DNA of 51,024 nucleotides, filler included, from Jimgerdemannia flammicorona (Eukaryota): assembly GCA_003990765.1 (NCBI GenBank). It is 2 parts of 2 records of this genome, joined end to end, with 100 filler letters (N's around TTAATTAATTAA, not from the genome) between each part and the next. Parts side by side here need not be neighbours in the genome. Positions count along the whole stretch, not along the records: positions 25,574 to 51,024 come from RBNJ01000829.1; 1 more part is not named here. One strand, given 5' to 3'. The position numbers and the translations under genes were made by a program. Position 1 is the first letter of the stretch, and every line of letters begins with the position of its first letter. Of this stretch, positions 26,464 through 39,626 are shown in pieces. The notes under the pieces are model-generated. The model saw only the letters and a list, made by a program, of their open reading frames with translations, had not been told where the DNA came from and made no database searches.

Positions 26464-28603
26464 ATGCCAAGACTAGCTAAACAAAACCAGTACTTATAAG
26501 TTTTAAGATATCATAAACTTGAGAAAGAAATTATAGGTATATAAATATTATTATATAAATATTTATAATATTAATAATATATTAATTATAATTCTAATTA
26601 TGATTATAATATAGATGATGATAATAAGAGAGAAGATGAAGATAATTAAATAATGAAGATAATAAGGAAGAAGAAGATGAGAGAGAAGAAGATGATAATG
26701 AGAGAGAAGAAGATGAGAAAGAAGAAGAAGAAGATGATGATATAGATGAAGATGAGAATACAGATGAAGATGAAGATAGTGATGATGATGAAGATAATGA
26801 TGAAGAAGATGATAAAGATGATGATGAAGACAAAGATAAAAAAGTTGATAGTAGCTGGGAGCCTCACATTACTGTACTTAAAGTTCACATGAAGAGTTTA
26901 GAGAATTTATCTCTAAATTATATTCTAAAATATCATCATATATCACAATATATAGTATTTAGAAATAATAATAGGAGTGCTTCTCAAGCTAGTCAACTAA
27001 TTGCAGAAAGTATCAATAAAGGCTTATACTATGTAAAGCTTTTGAGAAGATGGATACAAGATTGGATTGACAACAGGACTCTTCCTATCTCTCAGCAAGG
27101 AAAATATACTAAGAAGAAAAGTCTTCTTAAAGATAAAAACATTAAACTTATAGTTAAAACTTACTTAGAAAAGAATAAGTTTACTGCTACTCCAAAATCT
27201 CTTAAAAAATATTTAGAAGAAGAGATTTTGTCAACATCAGTAGAATCTATAAAAATTCATGAAGATATAGCAAGAAGATGGATACTAAAGATAAGCTATA
27301 CCCACAGTAGGCACAGAAAAGAACTTTATGTTGATGGTCATGAAAGAGATGATGTCAAAGTATCTTGTGAACAATTTTTAAAGCAGATGGCTGACTGGAA
27401 ACCATTTATGGTTCAATATGATGAAGATTTTCAACCATTATAACATAATATTCCTCTTGGATAACAACATATTCTGGTGATACATAATGAGGCTTCTTTC
27501 AATTCTAATGATGATCTAAACTATAGATGGAGACCAAAAGGACAATTTCCTCTAAGAAAAAAAAGTAGAGATACTAGTATAATGGTTAGTGACTTTCTAC
27601 TAGATACTGTTGGAAGGTTGGCTATATCTGAAGAACAATATAAAGATATGAAGAGTCCAAAGCCTCCAAGAGAAGCTTATTGTCTACTTGAAATTAGAAA
27701 AGCTAAGAAAGGTTATTGGACTGGAAATGATCTAATAGATCAGATATATATATTTATAATAATAATTAAATTTAGTAAATAGATTAAATAAAAAAAAACT
27801 TAATATATAAATTAATATTATATTATTAGATTAAAGACCAAGCTATTCCAATTTTCAATACTATTCATCTCAACTGTGTAGCAGTATTTGCATTTGATCA
27901 TAGTCAAGAATATTCAATGTATATATCAGATACTTTATTTGCTCACAAGATGAACCTTAGACCTGGTAGAAAACAGCCACTTATGAGAACTACAAAGTTT
28001 AACAATATTACTCAAAAAATGATATTTTCATCAAAATATAAAATTTTTAAACTGCATGGTAAAGCAAAGGGCTTGAAACAAGTACTTGAAGAAAGAAATC
28101 TTTGAAGAGAAGATTTAAGAAGAAAATGCAAAGAAAAATGCAAGACAGAAGATTGTTGTATAGTATAAATTCTATCTCTTCAAGAAGATTTTAAAGCACA
28201 GAAGCCACTTGTTCAAAAAGTTATTGAAAACTTGGGTCATAAATGTATTTTTTATCCTAAGTTCCATTGTGAACTCAATTATATTGAATATTTTTGGAGT
28301 AGTGTAAAAAAGTATTGTAGATATATAATATATTATTAAATTATAATTATAATTTAATAATAATACTAATTATTATATTTATTAATTATAATATTTAGAA
28401 CTCATTGCAATTATACATGGACTAGACTGAAGCAGAATATTCCAAAAGCTTTGGCCTCTGTTGATCTTATTATAATTAGAAAATATGTATATCATTTATA
28501 AAAATATATGAATGCATATCAAAAAGAGCTTGTATTGGCTGATGCAGAAAATGATATTAAAAAATATCATTTATATTGCCATGTCTCTCAGAATATTATT
28601 TAG
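26464..28603 (+). pseudogene. Intron-containing DDE transposase, IS630/Tc1/mariner-like
   Basis: Acidic tract, LYVDGHERDDV, IH(N/D)EASFNSND, VFAFDHS, GLKQVLEER, FYPKFHCELNYIEYFW. Three near-pure A/T inserts ending in TAG (~26539-26614, ~27744-27829, ~28321-28398). Several stops. Confidence 0.82.
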
Positions 28604-28748
28604 CCAAGGCATGAGTTAGCTGTCTATTTATATAAATAACTCTATCAAATATATTTAGTTTTTCACTAAATTTCTCTTCAGGCCTAATAAATTTTAAAAT
28701 CATAGAGGTAGCAAATCTGGCTTTTATTTAAGGTCAAAATTGTGACCT

Positions 28749-29881
28749 GACAATTGGGATGGGATAGATAATTGAGATGGGAAGGATGATTGAGATGGGA
28801 CAGATAGTGCTCCCAAATGAGTCAAATCAATTTGAATCGAATTGAATTGAGAGTTAAATGAGTCGAATTGAATTGGGGGTCTGATTCGAACCCTAATTTT
28901 CAAAATGCAATAACTCAGCATAAACTCATCCAAATCTAACTTACTTTAGCTTGTTAGAATCACATTAATACGGTGAATCTAATAAGCTAAAATACGTTAA
29001 ATTTGGATGAGTTTTCGTCGAGTTATTACATTTTTAAAATTAAGGTTCGAATCAAACTTTGAATCAAATTGGACCTTTGATTCAATTCAAATCGAATCGA
29101 ATTGAACCCTTGATTCAATCGAATCAAATTGAGTTTGGGCCAAATTCGATTTGATTTGATTCATTGGGAGCACTAGAGACAGATGATTGAGATGAGATGG
29201 ATGGATGATTGGGATGGGATAGATGATTGAGATGAGATGGATGGATGATTGGGATGGGATGGACAATTGAGATGAGATGGACAGATGATTGGGACAGGAT
29301 GGATGATTGAGATGAGACAGATGGACAATTGGGATGAGATGGACAATTGGGACAGGATGGACAATTGAGATAAGATAGATGGATGATTGGGATGAGATGA
29401 ACGATTAGGATGGGACAGATGATTGAGATGAGACGGACAGACAATTGGGATGAGATGGATGATTGAGACAAAATGGATGGATGATTGGGATGAGATGGAT
29501 GATTGAGACAAGATGAACAGATGATTGAGACAGATGGATGATTGAGATGAGACAGATGGATAATTGAGATGAGATAGACAGACAATTGGGATGGGATGAA
29601 CAATTGGAATAGAATGGATGATTGAGATAGGATGGATGATTAGGATGAGATGGACAATTGGGACAGGATGGACAATTGAGATAGGATGGGACAGATGATT
29701 GAGACAAGATGGATGATTGAGATGAGATGGAACAGGATGGACTTTGAGATGAGATGAGACAGAATGGATGATTGAGATGAGACACAATTATCCATCCATC
29801 TTGTCTCAATCATCCATCCAGTCCCAATCATCCATCCTGTCTCAATCGTCCATCTATCTTATCTCAATCATCTGTCCCATC
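28749..29881. repeat. Second block of the GATTGAGATGA minisatellite, split by the MITE and ending in an inverted segment
   Basis: Same units at 28749-28804 and 29176-29785; reverse-complement units at 29788-29881. Confidence 0.88.
28805..29175. mobile_element. hAT-like MITE (371 bp)
   Basis: TIRs TAGTGCTCCCAA...TTGGGAGCACTA; 8-bp TSD GGGACAGA/GAGACAGA; internal ~170-bp palindrome (28884-29053). Confidence 0.85.
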
Positions 29882-30300
29882 AGATGAGACAGGGTATGGA
29901 TGGTATCTCCTCTATATTTATTACTGAATATATATATATACATACCTTAGTTTTGTAAAATATTGAGAAAGGTTGTCCAGATGAATGATAAAATGTAATA
30001 TCATATTTATAACTTGAAATTCAATCTAACTAGATGAAATAGATACAATCTAAGAGAATAAATCTGTCTATGTATATATCCAATTTGGATAAACTTTAGC
30101 TTGTTGGATCTACCTTTGGTATGGAAATCTAGCACAATAAAGATAAATAAATTTGGAAATATATTTATAAAGTTATTTACATTTATATGAAATATTTGAT
30201 TTGGCTTTGTAAAATAAGGCCAAAATTGTGACCGGCCTTTCACTAAGCTGAATTCATTCCCCTCAGTCACAATTTTTAAAGCCAAATCTATACCCATTAA

Positions 30301-30870
30301 AGGCCAGTCACAATTTCAGTTCTATATTAAAATACTAATAACTATATTATTTAAATTTATATATTATTATAACTAGAATAAAAATAAAAATAAACTCTCT
30401 ATTTGAGTAAAGTAGATAATATTTACTATACATATTTTTAATAATATATTTTTTTAATATAGTCAATACAGAGGAGAAGAGATTTATAAATTATAATATT
30501 TTAAGTTATAAAATAGTAAAAAAACCATTTTTATTAAAATATTATATATAATAATAAAACAAAACTCTCTATTTAATTAAACTCAATAAAATATTTTATC
30601 AATTTATGATTTTTATTTTTATTTTATCAAATCTATTAAAAAGGAGTAGCAAAATATTGAGTATAAGTGTTGTGCAATAATATAATATTATAATTTTTTA
30701 CTTAAAATATTATATAATTAACTTATTTCATATTAGTAAAGAAAAACTCAGTAAAGAAGATTTCAACAAAGAAGAACTTAATAAATAAAATATTCAGCTA
30801 ATATAATTTCAAATATTTGAGATTTGGCTTTATAAAAGTAACTTAGGTTTGCTGAAATTGTGACCGGCCT
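30301..30870. mobile_element. AT-rich MITE (570 bp)
   Basis: 19-bp TIRs AGGCCAGTCACAATTTCAG / CTGAAATTGTGACCGGCCT (1 mismatch). Orphan copies of the same end at ~28736, ~30221 and ~30923. Internal segment 30510-30670 is repeated at 30955-31115. Confidence 0.75.
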
Positions 30871-31139
30871 CATGAGTAGCCTTTTTGATTAATTTGGCTT
30901 TGTAAAAGTGCTTAATTTAATGCTGAAATTGTGACCAGTTATGGTATTCACTATAAAATAGCAAAAAAAACCATTTTTATTAAAATATTATATGTAATAA
31001 ATAAAAAAGCTCTCTATTTGATTAAACTTGATAGGATTTTTTATCAATTTATGATTTTTAATTTTTTTTTTATTAAATACATTAAAAAGGAGTAGTAAAA
31101 AGGTTGAGTATAAGTGACATGTACTATATATCTTAAAAA

Positions 31140-31918
31140 AATCTAGTACTATCTACAGCCTTTACTTTAAAACTGATAACTAAACTAAAAGGATGAACTA
31201 AACTCTGGAGCAAATACTAAGGAACTATATTTCCTATAAATAAGATAATTAGCATAAATATCTAACTATAGTTGAGTTTGTCTATAATAATAGTGAATGA
31301 GCTTCTCTTGAAATAAATCTATTCTTTACTAATATAGAACAAAATCCAAATATTCCCCTGACTCTTATTAGAGCTACAGATGAATCTTTCACTATTGAAG
31401 TTATTGAAGAATTTCTACTCTGAATATATAATTTAAGCCAAATTGCAATTGAGAACTTATCTCAAGCTCAAAATCAACTATCTCAATATATCAACTAGTA
31501 CTATTAAGAAGAAACTTTTGATATTAGTGAAAAAGTTCTACTAGATATTTAAGAATATTAAGTTAATAATCTCAAGTATAGACTCTCTATAAAACTGAAT
31601 AGTAAGTTTATCAGACTATTTAAAGTTATTATATAAGTTTCTCCAACATCCTACAAACTAGTACTACCAGATACTATTAAGATTTACCCAGTCTTTAATA
31701 TTTAATATCTTAAGTAATATAATGAAAATAATGATAAACTATTTCCAAATCAAACTACAAAACTACCTGTATCTGTCATTATTAATGACTATGAGGAATA
31801 TGAAGTTGAACAAATTCTCAATAAGTATAGCTATAAGAACTATATAGAATATCTTATCAAATTGAAAGATTATCAAGAAGAACTCAATAAAAATATTAAA
31901 AACTAAGAAGGAGAGAGT
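31140..31918 (+). pseudogene. Heavily decayed chromoviral Gypsy integrase C-terminus with chromodomain
   Basis: Remnants of QTDGQTERMNRTLEQIL, EFVYNN, KIYPVF and chromodomain IINDYEEYEVEQILNK...YLIK; purine tract AAGAAGGAGAGAG before the LTR. Confidence 0.7.
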
Positions 31919-32251
31919 TGTAAGTACATAATTTCTAAGTTACTGAAATTATATATTACTCTCAGAATAAATTCAGAAATCATATGTAAGATTATGAAGC
32001 TGAGTCAAACTGAAGTCACAGATTATAAAGCTGAGTCAATTCAAAGTTACAGAATATAAGATATATAAAAACAGAACCTTACTAATCAAGACTGAAAGTA
32101 TATATTCTAAATATATAGTATATTAAAATAGAGAACTATAATAAAACAAACAAATTACAACTCTCAAACATATATCTAGCTAAGACTACTAAAGTTTACA
32201 ACTGCATTTATACTAATATTTGGAATACTATTATATATCAACTAAGTTACA
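31919..32251 (+). repeat. Putative 3' LTR of the chromoviral remnant
   Basis: Begins TGTAA right after the purine tract and ends TTACA; internal TATATAAAA and AATAAA. Confidence 0.55.
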
Positions 32252-32470
32252 GTGTTCCTGCCTCTTATAAATATTCATAGCTTAGCACTCTTCTACTTTA
32301 TAGAAGTCTGATAAAATACTCTGAACATATTTATAAGGTCTACCAAATTGGACAAATCTTAAGCTACTATCAGATCAGTTATCTCCTAGAAGATATAGTT
32401 AACTACTACTATAATATAGATATTACTGAAATATCTCAATACCAGAAACTTATCATATATAAATACCAAG

Positions 32471-32690
32471 AACTCTTTTATAAGTATAGCATCTTTATTT
32501 TCTACCTCTGAGTTACTATTACTGAAATAGTTGCTATTCTAATCTATAGCCAAATTGATGATATAGTGTAAGAACTCAACCAGAAATATATCAAGTATAT
32601 CTAAACTATAGACAGATCCTTTCTAAACTTAGATTACTATATTCTACAAATACCATAAGTAGAATATGCCATGAAGAATATCTATAATAT
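32471..32690 (+). repeat. Dispersed unidentified repeat, copy b
   Basis: Colinear with 13915-14128. Confidence 0.8.
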
Positions 32691-34690
32691 AATTCAGTTT
32701 AATAATGATAAAGCAGAAGACAATGACTCCTTTGACATTGAGATGACTTCTAGCTAAGGATTTCTGCCAACTCTAATTACTCTACTAATCTATTCCTATT
32801 TAACTACTTTAACTATAATAAAAAAATAGAAGAATATAATCTGTATCTCCAGACAACTCTTGAGATAGAATCAATAACCCCACCTCCTGAGTATGAGTGA
32901 TATAAAGAATAACTATTAGCCTACTACAACTTTACAATATATAGTGCTATAACTTACTGAAGATATATTGATAATAAATCTGATGAAAGTAAAGATAATA
33001 TATCTCTTCTCTGTTTACCAATACCATACTCAGTATATGAAACAGACAATGCCATTCTATAAGATAATAACTTTATTTCAATATACTATTATATAAATAA
33101 ACAAAGAGATATAATCCAAGAACCACTCTTTCTAGATAACTACTTTATTAGAAATAATATCATCAATAGTAATCTTATTAAAGAGTATTTAGATATATAG
33201 TATCTAAATCTATAAATAGCTTAGTAGTTATTAGTATAGTTAGATTAGCCTTATACTATAACTATAATCTGACTTATCAGTCAGTTGATCTTTTGATATA
33301 TTAGTTCACACTTTATACTATATGACTGTTTTCTAACTTATTAAGTACTAAAGTACTATATCTATATTTAGCCTAGTCCTGATAGCCTCTTATTAGTATA
33401 AATACTCCCTTCTCCAGATCTCAGAAACTCAGACAAAAATTGAGACAAGAATCAAATGAATACTTCTCTATACAAATATTTCTTTACATACTACTCCTAG
33501 TATTAGCCAATAATAATATCATAAATAGTTAATAAACCTATTAATAACCCATAAACTATTCTTAAGTAAACTCATACTATATTAGATCCTACTTCTAACT
33601 AGATTTAGAAATTTCCTAATTAGATATTATCTATAGTGATATACTAATTCAATTAAACTGATCTTAGTTTCTTAAACTTTCTAAAATAAGAAAAATTCTG
33701 AACATTCAGAATAAGTTTGAGAAAAGACTTTAGTTGAGATATTAACTCAATTTTGATATCAATAAGTATAGAGAATATACTCTATATAAAATTGATCTTA
33801 ATCTTAAGAAAATAATCTTTTAGAATATCCAGAACTTTTTAAAAACTCTTTCAGAACTATATAATAATACTCTAACAAAATACTCTCTTACTTCTTATGA
33901 TCTAGAGAACTTATATAGTAAGACTCATTCAACATCTCCTCTCAGGTCTCATACTATAGTATTGTCTTTCACCCTAATATTCTTAACTCAACCCACATTA
34001 CTCTCACTCTTCCTACCTCTAAAATAGATCTCTTCCATCAAGGTATATCTCTCTCTATTGTGAAGATATACTCTATATAGTCTCTCTATTGTGTCTCCTC
34101 TTTCTTGCTTACTCAGCTCTATCTAGTATACTCTTCTTTATGCCCTCTGCTAGTTACTCATTCTCTCACTAATATCTTATCTACTACCTGCATTCTCTCC
34201 TCTCTTGTATCAGACTAAACCCATATCTCTATACTAGATATAGCTTCTACATTAGTGCAATATCTGATACTACTACTACTAGCCTCTCTGACTATAAGAT
34301 CCAACTCCTTGACCATTGGTTGAGCACAATATACAAAGGCTAGTTAATATACCTGTCTCTTATTTGTTATATTTACAGACTTTCCTCACTTGTACTCATG
34401 GTGCTCATATCACCAGTGATATATTCCCTCTCTTATCTCAATACTATTCATTTCTTCCCACCTCTTCTTTATATACAGCATGCATTACCATCTCTGGTTC
34501 ACATCACCAACTATCTCTGCATAGCTCACATTACCAGCCTCTCTCTTCTTCCACTCATGTGATCCATATCACCAGCCTCTTTTTATCTCTTCTCCTCTCA
34601 CATACCACCTACCTTTCCATTTAAGCTATACCTGATCTCTACACCTCACTCTCTCTACAACTACCTCATGCTCTCTATAACCCTTTTATT

Positions 34691-35376
34691 TGGGCCAGTT
34701 TTGTTCATTGCATCCACCCTTCTTACACCTTTTTCTCTTTTCAAATATATGAATATTGAACTTCAATTGTGGTTTTTCTCTTTATTGTGGTTCTGATATC
34801 TGCAAGTTAGGTTCAAGTGGTTCTTCATAATATAACTTTACTTGAGGAGAAGTGTAGGGTTCAAACATTATAGCTAGATATTGAATGAGGGGTTTTATTA
34901 GAAATTGCAGAACAATAGTTATAGGAATATTTCAGATACCATATAGACAGTATAAGGGTTTCGATGTGGCATAGGTCTTTGGCACCAACATGCTCTCTTT
35001 TGTATTAGCTAGGAAATGCCTCTCTATCATACTGTCCAACATACATATCTGTATTGTATCTGGTTTTACTCAAACACTTCATACATATGCTTTATATATA
35101 TACTCAGCACATATACTCATTTTTGCCACCTCTCTCTCTCTGTCTTCAGTACATCTCGATTTTTGTTTTATATACCATTGGTTCTGGGCCAGTTTTGTTC
35201 ATTGCATCCACTCTTCTCATACCTTTTTCTCTTTTCAAATATATGAACATTGAACTTCAATCATGGTTTTTCTCTTTGCTGTAGTTCTGATATCTATGAG
35301 GTGAGTTCAAGTGATTCTTCATGATGTAACTTTACTTATGGAGAAGTGTAGAGTTCAAACATTATAGCTAGACATT
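34691..35376. repeat. Pair of ~190-bp direct repeats (34691-34882 and 35185-35376)
   Basis: TGGGCCAGTTTTGTTCATTGCATCCAC...TTCAAACATTATAGCTAGA occurs twice, ~300 bp apart. Confidence 0.85.
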
Positions 35377-35869
35377 AAACACAATTTACTGATAAAGATT
35401 ATTCTACATGCCAGTATGATATTGGCTATCCAACAATGATAATGACTGTAATTCTGAAGGATAAACTCAACATTAGACTCCTAAAATTGTTCTAGTTAGT
35501 GTTCAGGCAAATTAGTGAGGAAGAATTGTTCATATGTCTGTTTATTTCAGAGTAAACCCCACCTTTTCAGGTGTAAAATATATCCCTTTATCTGTAGATA
35601 AGATTGTCTTTTAAAATCATTTAGCAGACAAATCAAAGTTTGAAAAAATGATTTTTTGAAACATTGTTTTTCTGTTAAAAATATATCTCAATTTGTTTAA
35701 AACCAATTTTTTTTTTTTTTGTAAAATTTTTACCAAAGGTAGAATTATTATATAAAAAATTATTGGTAAATTTTTTTTTAAAAGCTATTATGATTTTAAA
35801 ATTTAAAATCTTGCCTCTAAATATAGATGCAAAACAGTCAAAGGAATATCTTCAAGTAGTTAGAAATAT

Positions 35870-37560
35870 ATAGTGAGTATTTGAGGAATTGTAGGATCAT
35901 CTGATCCAGGCTTCCATTCTGGTATATCTATATAATAGAGCTCTCTCTATCTTGCAAATAGATGTCTTAGACTATATTATTAGCTGTATGCTCACACAGA
36001 TAGAAGTTGACAGTCTTGAGTATTCTATTACTTATATAAGCCAAACTCTAACCAGTATAGAGCAGAAGTATATAATGACAGAAAAGAAAGAATTGGTAGT
36101 TATTGAGATATATATCAGTTCTACTATTATTTAGATACTGGTCAGCTCTTTGTTATATAGACTGATCACATAGCATTCAAGTCTATTCTTATTACTAAAG
36201 AATCTAAAGGATATATAGCTCAGTGAATAGTCAAGCTAATGACTTATCAATATACTGTCAAACTCCACTCAGATCAAGTATACTTAAATACTGATATACT
36301 ATCCTGACTAATAGAATCAGAAGAGCCAGTAGAGATCTATATAGCAAAGAAAAGAGTAGATAATATAAGTACTAAGTGGACTCTGGAGATATATGATCAG
36401 CTCTCTATCCAGCCTATTTCTTACTACCCCAATTCAGAGAAAAATAAGAGAAATAGTCCAGAAGCTCAAACTAGACCAGTAGACCCTCTACTATATCAAA
36501 GATAAGTATGTCTTATCTCATCTCAACCAGATATCTTTCCCAATAGACCAATTCTACAGGATGGTATATTTTGGACTCAATAATATCTTATAGATACTAC
36601 AATATAAATACTAGTGGCCAGGAATATTTCAAGATATATAACAGTGCATAGCCTCTTGTAAAGCTTGCTAGATATATTAGCCCAAAAAGGTATGAGAACT
36701 TGATGCTTATCAAGATAATGAGCCTCTTTGATAGGATCAGAGTAGACTTCATTAAACTCTTGCTACAAACAGACTATATGAATATATATATCATTATTGG
36801 CATAGACTACCTTATGAAGTAGATAGAGACATATACTACTATTAATGCTACTACTACTACTGCTGCTAGGTTTACATATAAAGATATAGTTTACTGATAT
36901 AGTTGTCTTATAATTCTGCAGAGTGATTAGAAAAGCCATTTTATTGAGAATATTATTGGCAAGCTAACTGCTCATTTCAGAATTACCTATAAGTTTACTA
37001 TGCTGTATTACTCTTAGTCTAATACCCTTGTAAAGAGATTCAACTGAACCCTAAAAGGAGCATTAAAAAGGCTAGTATTAGAGCATGACAATGATTAAAA
37101 TCTACATCTTCCCACTATTTTCTTTATATACTAAACTATAATCCAGATAACTACTTAGTATGTATTCTCTATTTATACTTATCTATAGGCAGGAGGCCCA
37201 GCACTCCTTTGAATCTACCATCAGTCTGGTTGATGAGTCCCCAGAGGATAACTTGGTAAAAGCCATCCTTAGATAAGCTGAAGAGGTCATCTATCTTAAT
37301 AAAAAGGCTTATAAGTAAGCTCTGGAGTAAATTAGAAATAAGCAGATAAAACAAAAGGCCCAGTATAATGCTCAGAGAGTTTAGGGCCTCATTCCTCTAT
37401 TGGTGGAGGGAGATCTGGTGATACTATATAAAGAAACTATTAAGGTATAAAAATCTCAGTAGGTGGGACCATATACAGTTAAGATTATCTATGGAAATAT
37501 TATTTATTCACTGACAGAGTCTAGTAGAGTAGACCTAGAGACTCCCCAATACAGAAACAT
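35870..37560 (+). pseudogene. Ancient Gypsy RNase H-integrase remnant (different family)
   Basis: Decayed LQ(T)D(AS)DY.I.C.LTQ, TEK(E)L.V, TDH.A.K, DRI.VDFI, LQSD, SN.LV.RFN.TLK and WVGPY motifs. Very TpA-rich. Confidence 0.75.
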
Positions 37561-39626
37561 ATATTTCAAGAATATAGAGACTAGATGTAGATAGATGCAG
37601 ATAGAATAGAGTATGAGAAAGAACTTAAAAATAGGTAGCTGAGTGGTGAGAAGTAAAAATTACATACTTATAAGACTGGCAAAAGCTGTTATTGAAGAAA
37701 GTCCTCTGGAATCATTATAGATTACTACTGAAGAGATATTTATAGACTTATAGCAGTCTAAGGAGTAGGCCAAAATAGATAAGAATAATGTAGTAGTATA
37801 GAGTAGACTGAACCCTATTGAATAAGCTTTTTAGAAGAAAAATTAAATATCAATTAGTCCAAATAACTCTTGGTAAAGAATAGCCCACTATGATATAAAT
37901 ATTTCATTATTCTTTTTGAGTTAAATTAGTATAAATATATATCAAATATGTGATAAATCCTTCTCTAACCTTTTCTCCTTTTTTCTCTTATTTTTTTTAT
38001 TATTATTTTATTATAACTAACTCATAAGTATAAGTACTTTCTCATTTCTCTTCCACTATTATACTATCAATCCTACCTATCTATGATACAACCTCAATCT
38101 AAAGCTCTGCAGCCCTAGCATCCTCTTCAATACTATACTCAGCTTTTGCTATCTCAGAATCTGAAAATAATAACTTCTCAATAGATCAATTGAGCCACTA
38201 TAGATTTTCTCTTTTTGATTTTTATAAAAAAAGAGAGAAAGGAGAAAGAGAAGTGCAATGACCTCTCTTGATAGAATCTCATACTCTACCTTCTGAGAAG
38301 TATCTCTATTAGTAATTTTGGTTGACTTCTGGTCACCTATATGGTATATATTATCAATTGATAAGAAAGATATATATATTAGCAGAAATATAGATAAAGA
38401 CTAGAGGATGAGACAAAGAGTGTCTAAGCCAACATTGGAATAATATTAGAATATAACTCCTATGCTTAGTATTAGCAAGAGGAAATATTTCTATAGTTGC
38501 TAATTTTGGTATCTATATAGTATAGATTAGTAAATAGTAATAGCTTTTATAGCTCTAAATCTCTTAGATCAATTTATGACAAGAAGTCCATTAGAAGGAA
38601 CCCACTATTAAATTATCAGCATAGTGTACTTTGGACTAGTATATAAGGCAATAATACTTTATCTAGACTACTATTAGTTCTCAGAATAAGCTAAGAGACT
38701 ATATAATAAGTGATATAAGGAACAAGAAAATGAGGAGGTCTTCTATTAACTAGAATATAAGATCCTATATCAACTAGAATAGTATTTAGTATCTAAGGCA
38801 TCTGCAGAAAGCATCCTTTAGTTTCTGGAAATGAGTAAGAAATATAACTAGAAGAGAGACTATATATCAGAAAATTAAATGAACTGACAATCTTTGATAA
38901 AAGTCTGGCTGAATTTGATATATGAACACTAGTGTCATCTAGCCTATATATTACCAGAGAAGGAAACACAGGGCCCCTGATACTAGATGACCCTCATTTT
39001 CCATACCTTTACCATTTCACATAATATCTGGCTTCTCAGTGTCTCTTATGGTCCATTGGTGCTACCTGTAGTTATTCTTGTAAGGAAGAATGCATCCAAA
39101 GAAGAGGAGGTAGATATAAGGGCATGGTCAAAAACAGGATACATCCAAAACAGACAAAATCCTGGATTCTGAAATATATATATAATTAGAAAAAGTACAT
39201 TTCCATTTCTATCTCTAAAGTACTCTAATTACTCAGTAGAGTATTCCAGATACTTCTTGCAGTTTCATAGAGGCATTACTAGTATTCTAGTAGGTTTGAG
39301 GGGATAGGGATCTCCATGTATAAATAGCATAGGATTCAAGTATGTAATAAAGGACAGAGTTGGTTCAGATAATCAGAATTTATTAGGAAATTGACAACTA
39401 GAGTGCATATCCTGAGGATTCATAGATCTAAGGATTAGGTGTGCAAGCAGTCATTTTTTAAACCTTCTGAGAGGTTCTTCAGACACTTTACTTAGTGAAT
39501 TCCTTAGCAAACCCATCACAACTACCACATGCCCTTTCAGTCTACATCCAGACCAATTACCGCCCTTTGACTGTCAAGCGATTCCGGTGGAGACTGCCAA
39601 ATTCCACATTGACCCAAGCCCCATCG

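Noticed and set aside
25518..29831. Long minus-strand Ser/Ile/His/Leu-rich ORFs
   Set aside because: They are translation artefacts of the minisatellite, open in several frames, and some span Ns.
37600..39480. Possible decayed gene or transposase upstream of the PDI-like gene
   Set aside because: There are coding-like patches but no recognisable motif in the frames examined; too mutated to call.
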